Part shown: piece by piece, positions 42,609-51,384 of the stretch
Layout of the letters: every line of letters begins with the position of its first letter
Position numbering within the stretch: the stretch's first letter is position 1
NCBI GenBank assembly: GCA_965224085.1
Contig: CBDCYI010000005.1
Location: forward strand, 928,001 to 992,000
From: Candidatus Marinacidobacterales bacterium
GTDB taxonomy: Bacteria > Acidobacteriota > Vicinamibacteria > Marinacidobacterales > SMYC01
Length of the DNA: 64,000 bases
Reading direction: 5' to 3'
Notes under the pieces: model-generated
What the model saw: the letters and a program-made list of their open reading frames with translations, nothing else
Database searches by the model: none
What the model was told of the DNA's origin: nothing
Program-made: the position numbers and the translations under genes

Positions 42609-43831
42609 TGGTAGGGTCTCTGGCTGGCGCGGTAGATGTAGGTAAGGGGAGTAGCTGTTGCCGGCGGCTTTCGCCAAGTGCCGGTGCCTCAGTCCTTACC
42701 ATGTCCCCGTTTCCAGCCCCCGCCGCGTCGCACGCAGCATGCGGATTTCCCGCACTACGCGCTCCTGCACACTTCTGGTCAAGGGTTATGTGACCTATCC
42801 TGCGGGGGCAACTGTCGGCGAGAATCCAAAATCGTAGATCCCCCGTCGACTCCATCGCTTCCCGCCAAACTCTTGACGCAATAAAGCACCAGGACGGTTC
42901 GGCCTTCGCCTTGACGTATATCCTTCGTCTCAGCTCCTGCAGACTGACGGATGAGTTTGTCATCTCACCCCTGCCTCACTTGTCGAACGAAGGATCGGTG
43001 TGCAGCAGGGCCCCTTTGCTCCACAGGCGTTACCCCGCTTCAACGCTATTACGGACCCAGCCGCCACCGTCTCGTCTTCAGCCGATTTCCCGGGGGCGCC
43101 GGTTATACGACTTACCTTGCTCCAGACATTTCTGCCTGGGACGAGGACGGCTTCTCCAGTTGCTTGGCATGTCCTTGTCACCGTGCTGTCCCTACCACCC
43201 CGCCGGAGTGGCTCGCCGCGACAGTCAGATTGCGACCAGCCATGCTGCCTTCACCCGAAGAGAGAGGGCTCGGCCTCCGGACCTTTAAATTATCGAGGCC
43301 ACCTGTGGGTTCACTTGCGTTACGGCCCGGTAACTCGCTCACCATCCTAAAGATGGCTTTGTCAGTCAGCTTCTTCCCCTTCGTTTCCTCCACGAACGTG
43401 ACTTAAGCTACGGGGCTTCTGACTCTTGCCCCGGTGGGACTTGTCTCCCACTGAACATGCCAGCCTTCACTGGACGCACTCCCTTTCATTTATTCATCCG
43501 GGCGCGTCGCAGTTGATCGTTCACGCACGGCGGCTCAGCATCCCGGCATGATTTGGGTGTTTCTTCGCTCGCTCATCTTGGCGTTCAAGACTCGTCGCGA
43601 GATGGGGCGAGTGACTGTCGTTCCCAAGGTCGGCGGCCTCCATCACTATCACAGTCGTCTCGCTGCTTGAGCTCGCTGCGCTTGACGCGGTATCCCTGGG
43701 ACACGAGGCGCAGCGTTCCTGGGCGGGCTTCGAGCCCGCGATCACCGTGATGCTGCCCGAAGCGATTGAAATGAACTCAGTCCGGGGCGAGAAGCGCTTT
43801 ACCTCCGCGGATCGAATTTATGGAAGGAACT
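42609..43831 (+). mobile_element. Internally deleted (MITE-like) integrase-core IS whose left terminus is split by the intron
   Basis: Removing the intron yields left end TG|TCCCTTTCATTTATTCATCCG; transposase N-terminus MIWVFLRSLILAFKTRRE fused to C-terminus MGRVTVVPKVGGLHHYHSRLAA*; right end CGGATCGAATTTATGGAAGGAACT. Confidence 0.7.
42611..43479 (-). ncRNA. Group II intron ribozyme with an internally deleted RT/maturase ORF
   Basis: 5' GTGCG at 43479; domain V-like GAGCGCGTAGTGCGGGAAATCCGCATGCTGCGTGCGACGCGGCGGGGGC; 3' CCCTAC at 42611; IEP N-terminus MTNSSVSLQELRRRIYVKAKAEPSW sits directly next to IEP C-terminus ..KRWSRR...APAG*. Confidence 0.88.
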
Positions 43832-43952
43832 GGGGAGAGCGATGGCGGAAAAGCAATGTAGTATGCGCAGGTCGGTAGGAGCGAGAGCGGAAAACTGGTA
43901 GCATCTTCCGTCTGGCCGGCTTTTATCACTCTCGAGCGGAAAGGGTACGGAA

Positions 43953-44264
43953 ATGCCCGTCCCGCGATGGTTCGAAGCTACGTTTCTCGAAGCCGAACAG
44001 AGTACCGCTGCTGTCGACTTCACCCATCTTGGAGAACAGTTCGGGCTACGGATCGAGGAAGTAGTACGTCCGCGCGAGCTGAAGAAATGGTGGAGCCTCA
44101 CCAGCGAGTGGGCCGATCCGAAGGCCGTCGAGCCGAATCGCCTCGGCGATACGGAAAGCAAGATCCTGTCCTTTCTCGAGCAAGAATGCAGCGCCTGCAT
44201 GGCCCGCGTCCCCGAGGACAAGCGGGCCGACTTCTTGCGGGGCGTCTGGGCAAAAAGGAACTGA
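43953..44264 (+). CDS. Hypothetical protein
   Basis: ORF only, with protein-like composition. Confidence 0.4.
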   Translation: MPVPRWFEATFLEAEQSTAAVDFTHLGEQFGLRIEEVVRPRELKKWWSLTSEWADPKAVEPNRLGDTESKILSFLEQECSACMARVPEDKRADFLRGVWAKRN

Positions 44265-44273
44265 GCGGGTGCG

Positions 44274-44850
44274 CTCCATCGCCTAAAGGCGATGGGTTCG
44301 CGGGCGACTAAAGTCGCCTAAAGGCGCACGGCGGAGGATTACTCGCTTACCCTGAACGACTCGTCGTCTTCCGGCAGCCCTCCTTGCAGCTCGATGTACT
44401 TGGCCACAACCTCATCGGTCACGTTTCCGCTCGTCGCTACAAAATAGCCGCGCGCCCACAGGTGCCGACCCCAAAACTTCTTGCGGATCGCTCGAAAATC
44501 ACGCATCAGCTTGTGCGATGTCTTCCCCTTGATCGCCTGCATTACTCGGCTCGGCGACAGCCGTGGCGGCACGCTCAGCAACAGATGAACGTGCTCTGGC
44601 CGTACATGGCCCTTCAGTATTTCTATGTGGTGCGTCGCACAGATCTCTCTTATCAACTCCCGCAGGCGAAGTGCTACATCTCCTCTCAATACCGGCTTGC
44701 GGTACTTCGGGATGAATACGAAATGGTAGTTTAATTGATACGTCGTGTGCGATGATTTCCGATATCCTTTCATCCGGGGATCGTACCGCAAGCCTCCTAA
44801 AGGCTTCGCCTGAAGGCGAGGGGTTTCAACCATCCCCGAGTGAGACACTA
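44274..44850 (-). mobile_element. IS200/IS605-family element (TnpA only, no tnpB); ends approximate
   Basis: Hairpins at both ends (CCATCGCCTAAAGGCGATGG, GGCGACTAAAGTCGCC; CTTCGCCTGAAGGCGAGG). Confidence 0.75.
44339..44773 (-). CDS. tnpA: IS200-family Y1 HUH transposase
   Basis: YHFVFIPKYR, EHVHLL, IKGKTS, LWARGYF, KYI. Confidence 0.93.
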   Translation of the reverse strand: MKGYRKSSHTTYQLNYHFVFIPKYRKPVLRGDVALRLRELIREICATHHIEILKGHVRPEHVHLLLSVPPRLSPSRVMQAIKGKTSHKLMRDFRAIRKKFWGRHLWARGYFVATSGNVTDEVVAKYIELQGGLPEDDESFRVSE

Positions 44851-45089
44851 ACCGCTCTTCTCCGTCGAGGAATCTCGACCACGGCGGCGCTGACGATCAC
44901 ACGCCACTCTAGCACCTTAGGCTCCGATGTATCTCAACGGACCTTTCAGAATTGGCACGTCACGCGGCGACTGGCAAGTCGTCGAATGCTCCGCTCAGCC
45001 GGAACAGCAGGACGCAATGGACGCGGTTATTCTTGGTGCCAAAGCCGTGAGCCCCTAAGGGTCACCAAGTGTTCCCGCCCATGAGTACA

Positions 45090-45186
45090 CGCATCGTGCT
45101 GGAGGGTGCGTTCGATGTAGGGAACGGCTCGGCGGAGTGCTCAAATGCTACTACCGAGACGCGGCATGAGTTATTTGACCAGACGA
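45090..45186 (+). mobile_element. Small 3' remnant of another integrase-core IS
   Basis: ...ERLGGVLKCYYRDAA* followed by GTTATTTGACCAGACG. Confidence 0.45.
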
Positions 45187-45248
45187 CCTCGTCCATTCAA
45201 TGTTGATCGCTCGTGCGCCTCCTCGAGACGCTCACGACCTGCATCCGC

Positions 45249-45500
45249 TTAGGCGCCGGGCACATACGTTCTGTAGAGCGTGTACAGTTTTCCCGCACCG
45301 GGCGATCCGACCTTGTCGTAATCCGTGTGGAAAGCGATGGAGGAGAGCCCGCGAGTCACAAAACCGAGCGTGTCGTTGAAACGCGGGACTGGGCCAACCG
45401 ACGCCAGATCCAGGAATACACCGAAGAATGCCCCCGTCGACGAAAACGCCAAGATCTTCCCTTCGTTCATGCTCACAAAGATCCGTCCGGATCCGTCTTT
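45249..45500 (-). pseudogene. Fragment of a PQQ/sorbosone dehydrogenase-like beta-propeller gene
   Basis: DGSGRIFV, FLDL, RGLSSIAFH, GKLYT. Confidence 0.5.
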
Positions 45501-45539
45501 CGGGTGGTCGAATCCTTGGACTCCTCGTTGGAGTGAAAA

Positions 45540-45930
45540 ATGGCAAACGGTTCCGAGTGGTCGATGTGGAGCCCTGCCGCGCCGTACATCGCCTCCCGTC
45601 ACGGCCTCGATAGACGCATTGGTACCCGTCACGTTCGTGGACGCGCCCGACAACCTCGGCGGCAACATGTCGAGACTTGGCGGGCTCGTCTTTTTTAGCC
45701 ATCTCGTTGAGCGAGATGTGGCGCGGAGGCTCGCTGTTTTTTTCTCCGCCGCTCGAGCTTCCTCTTCGGGTCGTTCTTCTCGAGGGCGATGTCGAGGGCC
45801 TTCGCAAAAACCTCGGCCATATGTTTCTGAGCATTCTCGACGCCAATGACTTCCGCGAGTCGCTCGAACTTGTCCTTGAAATCCCGATCTGCTGAAAAGC
45901 GGAAGTTGAAGACCTCCGGACGAGCGGCTG
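45540..45930 (-). pseudogene. C-terminal remnant of a DUF222-like HNH endonuclease gene
   Basis: FRFSADRDFKDKFERL...; SRHVAAEV..RV.ERDGYQCVY.GRDGRRC; frameshifted. Confidence 0.65.
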
Positions 45931-46165
45931 CAGAAGAATAGGAAGGCAGCAGTGACCTATACTGCTGCGTGAACTCTATTTTCAGACGTGACCGCAACGC
46001 GAGGCATTTTGACGCGCAAAACGGGTCAAGCTTTTTTTCCTTTTCTTATCGTCAGGGACCGCTCGCGACACCCATTCCTCGGCGACGGCATCTCTCTCGA
46101 GCTGACTGGCATCGTCTCAGGAGATTTCGCCCACGAGACGTGCTATCGTCCCCGAATCGAAGCGT

Positions 46166-47188
46166 GTGTCGAGGAGGTTTTGCGTGGTCCGTCAACGTGT
46201 CACCTGGTTCCATGCCGGAGCCGTGGCTCTCGGCTCCCTTGTCCTTGCCGCCTCGCTGCTCGCCGGCCAATCCGAAACGCCGCGCACACCGTGGGGGGAT
46301 CCCGATCTCCAAGGGGTGTGGGCCAATAACAGTGCCACACCGCTCCAGCGGCCTCAGGCCTTTGGCGACAAAGCCACGCTGAGCGACGAGGAGCTTGCCG
46401 CGCTCAAAGCGAAAGCCGCAGAGGTCATCGACGGCGGCGACGCGTTTTTTGGGGACGATCTGATTCGGGCGGCCCTCGCGGACGGCACCGATTTCCGCTC
46501 CTTCGACGGGAACACCGGGAACTACGACCAGACGTGGCTCGTGGAAAGAGAGATCGAGAGCCGGACGTCTCTGATCATCGATCCCCCCAATGGCCGGTTG
46601 CCCGAGATGACTCCGGAGGGAAAGAAATGAAGCGGCAAAGCAACGAAAGGGTTTCTCGGGATCGAACCGGCCGGGCCGGAGGACTTGAGCAATGGAGTGC
46701 GTTGCATCACGTGGGGTGCGCCCAACATGCTCGCGGGCTACAACAGTTATTTCCAGATTCTTCAGACTCCCGATCACGTCGTGATCCTGCAGGAGATCGC
46801 CCACGAAGTGCGGATCATTCCGATGGGCGGACGCCCGCATCTCGACGACCACGTTCGTCCGTGGCTCGGGGATTCTCGCGGCCACTGGGAAGGCGACACG
46901 CTCGTCGTCGAGACCACGAATTTCTCTCCCAAGAGTTTCTTCAAAGGTACTGCCGAGAATCTTCACCTCGTCGAGCGCTTCACCCGCGTCGACGCCGAGA
47001 CGATTACCTGGGGGATCTCGGTCACCGACCCGACCACCTACGCGCGTCCCTGGACAGCGATGGTCCCTTTGAAGAGTAGTACGGATGCGATTTACGAGTA
47101 CGCCTGCCACGAAGGCAATTACGGACTCGAAGGCGTTCTGAAAGCCGCGCGCGTCGACGACAAAGCGGCGAAAAAGGCGTCGAAGTGA
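46166..47188 (+). pseudogene. Secreted conserved hypothetical protein of the 'RTPWGDPDLQGVW' type, frameshift near 46625
   Basis: RTSLIIDPPNGRLP, then RC...GDSRGHWEGDTLVVETTNF...YEYACHEGN in another frame. Confidence 0.7.
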
Positions 47189-47694
47189 GCCGGGTTGCGG
47201 CCGGGCTCGTCCTCGCGAGCACCCTCTTGTTCGCAAGCTGCGGGGAGGACCGTTCGGGGCCACCGTACAAGCCGATGGTGGACGTCAAAGGCCTCATGAT
47301 CTCGATTGTCGACCCCGCGGCCGCCGTTCTATGGGATTCGGTTGGGACGATCATTACCATAGAGGGCGTTGACGAGTGGTATCCCGAGACGGATGAGGAA
47401 TGGGCCGAGGTAAGAAACGCCGCCGTCGTCCTCATGGAGTCGGGGAATTTGTTAATGATGGGCGATCGCGCGCGCGACCAGGAAACGTGGATGCGCCTCT
47501 CGCTCGCGATGATCGACGCCGGCGAGGCCGCGCTCAAGGCGGCAGAGGCGAGAGATCCCGAAGAAATTTTTGCCATCGGCGAGCAAATTTACTTTGCCTG
47601 CGATCGATGCCACGGCATTTATTGGATCGGCGACGAAGATCGCGGTCGGATTCGGGACACACCCAGAAGCCGCGGTGAGACGAACGGAGAGTGA
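47185..47694 (+). CDS. Lipoprotein with a C-terminal CxxCH (cytochrome c'-like)
   Basis: Lipobox FASC, helical body, ACDRCH. Confidence 0.7.
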   Translation: MSRVAAGLVLASTLLFASCGEDRSGPPYKPMVDVKGLMISIVDPAAAVLWDSVGTIITIEGVDEWYPETDEEWAEVRNAAVVLMESGNLLMMGDRARDQETWMRLSLAMIDAGEAALKAAEARDPEEIFAIGEQIYFACDRCHGIYWIGDEDRGRIRDTPRSRGETNGE

Positions 47695-47856
47695 CTTTGG
47701 GACGTGACGTAAAAGCTCTCTGGGAGGCGGGAAATGCCATCATGGACGCTTGCGAGACCTGCCACGCAACGTACTTGTTCCCCGAAGACGGCTCGTAAGA
47801 AGGTAACGGCAGCCATCTCACCTTCCCCGACTCCACGGAACTCGATCCAAATTCCG

Positions 47857-49458
47857 ATGCGTCTTCCTGCAACGATGCTGGCTGCGCTCTCCTTCGCGAA
47901 CTGTCAGTCCGCGCTCGATCCCGACGCGCCGAAGCTCGCGCATCTCGTCATGGCATGGGACGGAACCCGAGAGCCCGCGTCACTCGACGGCCATATCGAA
48001 CCCTATCAGCCCGCGTGGCTCATCGACTCGCTCATCGCCGACCCGCTCCTGATTCTCGGACCGGACGGGGCCTATCATCCCGCCCTCGCGACGAGCTGGA
48101 CGTCCTCGCCGGAGGCGGACGCGTGGACGTTCACGCTGCGTGACGACGTGACGTTTCAAGACGGGACGCCTTTCGATGCGGAAGCGGTCAAGTACAACGT
48201 CGAGCGCATCCTCGCGCCGGAAACGCAGTCCGCGGAAATGGCGGCGCAAATCGGTCCGGTCGATCGCGTCGAGGTCGTGGACGCCACTACCGTCACTTTG
48301 CACTACAAAGTGCCGTGGGTGACGGTGCTCGATGCCTTCCGGCGCGCACCCATCTGGTCTCCGACCGCGGCCGAGAAATGGGGGCTTCACGAGTTCGCGA
48401 AACACCTCGTAGGTGCGGGCCCTTTCACGCTTTCGGAATGGGCACCGAACGATCACGTCACTGTAGAGAAATGGGACGGCTACGGCGGCTGGAACAGCAT
48501 CAGCGAGCATGGCGGCCCGGCGCATCTCGACCGCGTCACCATACGGTTCATCAGCGAAGAAGCCGTGCTCGGCAACGTCGTCCGAACGGGTGACGCGCAC
48601 ATTGCGATGAACCTACCCGCGACCTATGTCGAGGACTATCGCGATCGCGAAGGCTTCCGGCTCGTGCAGGGGTTTCAGGCGGGGACGGGGCTCTCGATGA
48701 TGATGAACACGCGCCTAGCGCCGTGGAACATTCTAGAGTTTCGCCAAGCGTTGCTCTACGGAACGGATCAAAAAGCCGTCAACGACCTCCTCTTCGATGG
48801 TAGCTATCTGATTGCCGACGGTCCGCTCAACACGGTGCACCCGTGCTATTGGGACGGTAACGCGGACTATTACCCGCATGACAAAGACAAAGCGGGAGCG
48901 CTTCTCGAAGAAGTCGGCTACGTCGATCGGGACGGCGACGGCGTGCGCGAGGCTCACGGGGTTGAAGGGGTCGAGGACGGAACACCGCTCGCGTTCCGAT
49001 GGACGATCCTGCACTATGAGGAGATCGGAGAAGCCGTGCAAACGCAGTGGCGCAAGCTCGGGATTGCGCTCACGATCGAGAAGATTCCCGGTCCGGTGCA
49101 GCTCGAGAGAGTCAACCGTCGCGATTTCGATCTCATCTACGAACGGCAGCGAAGCCCGGACCCGATGCTTCTCGACATGGTGTGGAACTCCGCGCACGAC
49201 GTCGTCGGCGGATGGGCGTGGAGCGGCTATGTCGATCCGGAACTCGATGGAGTCGTGGCTCAATTGCGGGTGGTGCCCGATCCCGACGCACGCTGCGAGA
49301 TCGCGAAGACAGCGCAAAAAATAGTCATGGACAACGCGCTGATGCTCCCCACGCTCAGCGAGCCGATCTTTTACGCCGTGTCGTCCAAGGTCACGGGGTT
49401 CGAGCTTTCATCCGAAGGCCAGTTCTTCTTTCTTCACAACACCCGAATTAGCGACTGA
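47857..49458 (+). CDS. ABC transporter substrate-binding protein, family 5 (Opp/Dpp)
   Basis: PALATSW, FTLRDDVTFQDGTPFDAEAVKY, GAGPF. Confidence 0.92.
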   Translation: MRLPATMLAALSFANCQSALDPDAPKLAHLVMAWDGTREPASLDGHIEPYQPAWLIDSLIADPLLILGPDGAYHPALATSWTSSPEADAWTFTLRDDVTFQDGTPFDAEAVKYNVERILAPETQSAEMAAQIGPVDRVEVVDATTVTLHYKVPWVTVLDAFRRAPIWSPTAAEKWGLHEFAKHLVGAGPFTLSEWAPNDHVTVEKWDGYGGWNSISEHGGPAHLDRVTIRFISEEAVLGNVVRTGDAHIAMNLPATYVEDYRDREGFRLVQGFQAGTGLSMMMNTRLAPWNILEFRQALLYGTDQKAVNDLLFDGSYLIADGPLNTVHPCYWDGNADYYPHDKDKAGALLEEVGYVDRDGDGVREAHGVEGVEDGTPLAFRWTILHYEEIGEAVQTQWRKLGIALTIEKIPGPVQLERVNRRDFDLIYERQRSPDPMLLDMVWNSAHDVVGGWAWSGYVDPELDGVVAQLRVVPDPDARCEIAKTAQKIVMDNALMLPTLSEPIFYAVSSKVTGFELSSEGQFFFLHNTRISD

Positions 49459-49465
49459 TGGACTG

Positions 49466-50413
49466 ATGCTGGCCCGATACATCGCGCGGCGGGCAGCACA
49501 GCTCGTGCCCGTGCTTTTCTTGGTCTCACTGATGATCTTCTCGATCATGCACGCGCTTCCGGGCGATCCGGTTCAGTTGATGCTCGCGGGTGCGGAGAGT
49601 GGCGCCGTTACGCCCGAGCGCCAGGAAGAGCTGCGCGAGCTCATGGGTTTGAACGACCCGCTCTACGTGCAGTACTTCCGGTTCATCGGGGGTGCTTTGA
49701 CCGGCGATCTCGGTAACTCCGTCCGCCTTCGCGAGCCCGTGCTCGACCTCATTCTGGAGCGACTCGGCTCGACGCTCGCGCTCGCACTCGGCGGGATCGC
49801 GGTCGCCGTCTCCATCGGAATGTCGACCGGTGTCCTCGCCGCGCTCAAACAAGGCTCGTGGGTCGACACCGCCAGCTTGGTCCTCGCCTATGCCGGCGTG
49901 TCGCTGCCTCTTTTTTGGCTCGGCCTGCTCCTCATTCTCGTCTTCTCGTTCTGGCTCGGCTGGTTCCCGCCCGCGGGTGCTATCGGCTTTCGCTCGCTCG
50001 TTCTCCCGAGCGTGACGCTCGGTCTCGTCTCGGCGGGCGTCATCAGCCGCCTGACGCGCTCGTCCCTCGTCGAAGTGCTCGTCGAGGACTACATGCGCAC
50101 TGCGCGCTCGAAGGGCCTCCCGGCGCGTATCGTCTATCTCCGCCACGCGCTCCGAAACGCGCTCTTGCCGGTGCTGACCATCGTCGGGCTCCAGTTCGGA
50201 GCGATGCTCTCGGGCACGGTCGTGACCGAGACCGTTTTCAGCAGGCCAGGGCTAGGACGTCTTGTCGTGAGCGCCATCCTGTGGCAGGACTACCCGCTCG
50301 TTCAAGGGATCGTCTTGTTCATGGCGACGATCTATGTCCTCGTCAACTTGCTCGTTGACATCAGCTACGCGTGGCTGGATCCGCGGATCCGCTACGGCGA
50401 CGCCGCGGGATAG
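49466..50413 (+). CDS. ABC transporter permease (OppB/DppB-like)
   Basis: PGDP, GDLGNS, DYMRTARSKGL, DPRIR. Confidence 0.93.
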   Translation: MLARYIARRAAQLVPVLFLVSLMIFSIMHALPGDPVQLMLAGAESGAVTPERQEELRELMGLNDPLYVQYFRFIGGALTGDLGNSVRLREPVLDLILERLGSTLALALGGIAVAVSIGMSTGVLAALKQGSWVDTASLVLAYAGVSLPLFWLGLLLILVFSFWLGWFPPAGAIGFRSLVLPSVTLGLVSAGVISRLTRSSLVEVLVEDYMRTARSKGLPARIVYLRHALRNALLPVLTIVGLQFGAMLSGTVVTETVFSRPGLGRLVVSAILWQDYPLVQGIVLFMATIYVLVNLLVDISYAWLDPRIRYGDAAG

Positions 50414-50417
50414 AACC

Positions 50418-51227
50418 ATGAACGCGCGCGCCAGTCTCATCGCCGGGCTATTGGTTCTCGTGGCCTGGACCATGATGGCGGCGCTCGCGCCAGGAGTGGC
50501 GCCCTACGATCCTTTCGAGACCGTGAGCGACGCCCGGCAAGCGCCCTCTTCCGAGTTCTGGTTCGGGACGGACCGCCTCGGGCGCGACGTACTGAGCCGC
50601 GTGATCTTCGGCGCGCGCATTTCCCTCGTGCTCGGCTTCATCAGCGTCAGCATTGGCGCGGCGGTGGGCACGACGCTCGGCATCGTCTCGGGCTACTACC
50701 GCGCAAGAGTTGACACGCTAATCATGCGCGCGATGGACGCCATGCTCGCCTTTCCCGGCATGCTGATGGCGCTCGTGATCATCGCCGCTCTCGGCCCGAG
50801 CATCACGAACGTGATGATCGCGGTCGGCGTCTCGACCATCCCCCGCTACGCGCGTCTCATCCGAAGCACCGTGCTCTCGCTGCGCGAGCAGGCTTACATC
50901 GACGCGGCGCGGCTTCTGGGACTGCGCGACCTGAAGATCATGTTCCGGCACGTGCTTCCCAACACGATGGCGCCTCTTCTCGTGCTCTCGACCCTTCAGT
51001 TCGGAAACGCCATTGCGGTGGGGGCGGGGCTCAGCTTTCTCGGCCTGGGCGCGCAACCGCCCACCGCGGAGTGGGGCTTGATGGCCGCGGTGGGGCGTGA
51101 GGTTCTGGGGCGGGCTTGGTGGATCTCGACCTTCCCCGGCCTCGCGATTTTCACCGCCGTCATGGCCTGTAACCTTCTCGGGGACAGCCTTCGAGAAAGT
51201 TTGGACCCGCGTTTGAGCTCACGGTGA
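50418..51227 (+). CDS. ABC transporter permease (OppC/DppC-like)
   Basis: GTDRLGRD, YIDAAR, RHVLPN, LSFLGLG. Confidence 0.93.
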   Translation: MNARASLIAGLLVLVAWTMMAALAPGVAPYDPFETVSDARQAPSSEFWFGTDRLGRDVLSRVIFGARISLVLGFISVSIGAAVGTTLGIVSGYYRARVDTLIMRAMDAMLAFPGMLMALVIIAALGPSITNVMIAVGVSTIPRYARLIRSTVLSLREQAYIDAARLLGLRDLKIMFRHVLPNTMAPLLVLSTLQFGNAIAVGAGLSFLGLGAQPPTAEWGLMAAVGREVLGRAWWISTFPGLAIFTAVMACNLLGDSLRESLDPRLSSR

Positions 51228-51246
51228 TACCGTGTCGCTCATAGGG

Positions 51247-51375
51247 AGTGCGTGAGCGGAGCGTACGACTTCGCCAAGGCTTCGTCGGGGCCTCGCCGAA
51301 GCCCGAAGGGCGGAGGCGGGAGCCCGGCCCGCTGGGCCGACGACACTCCGGGCGAGGCCAAGAGAGAGCGAGCTT
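51247..51375. repeat. REP-like palindromic intergenic element
   Basis: GC-rich stems CCTCGCCGAAGCCCGAAGGGCGGAGGCGGG and CGGCCCGCTGGGCCG. Confidence 0.45.
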
Positions 51376-51384
51376 AAGCAGGAG

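Noticed and set aside
42550-42963. 137-aa ORF as a retron or DGR reverse transcriptase
   Set aside because: No RT motifs; it is the intron protein stub reading through domains V-VI
44274-44850. Possible TnpB/IscB RNA-guided system
   Set aside because: Only tnpA lies between the hairpin ends; no RuvC-type ORF
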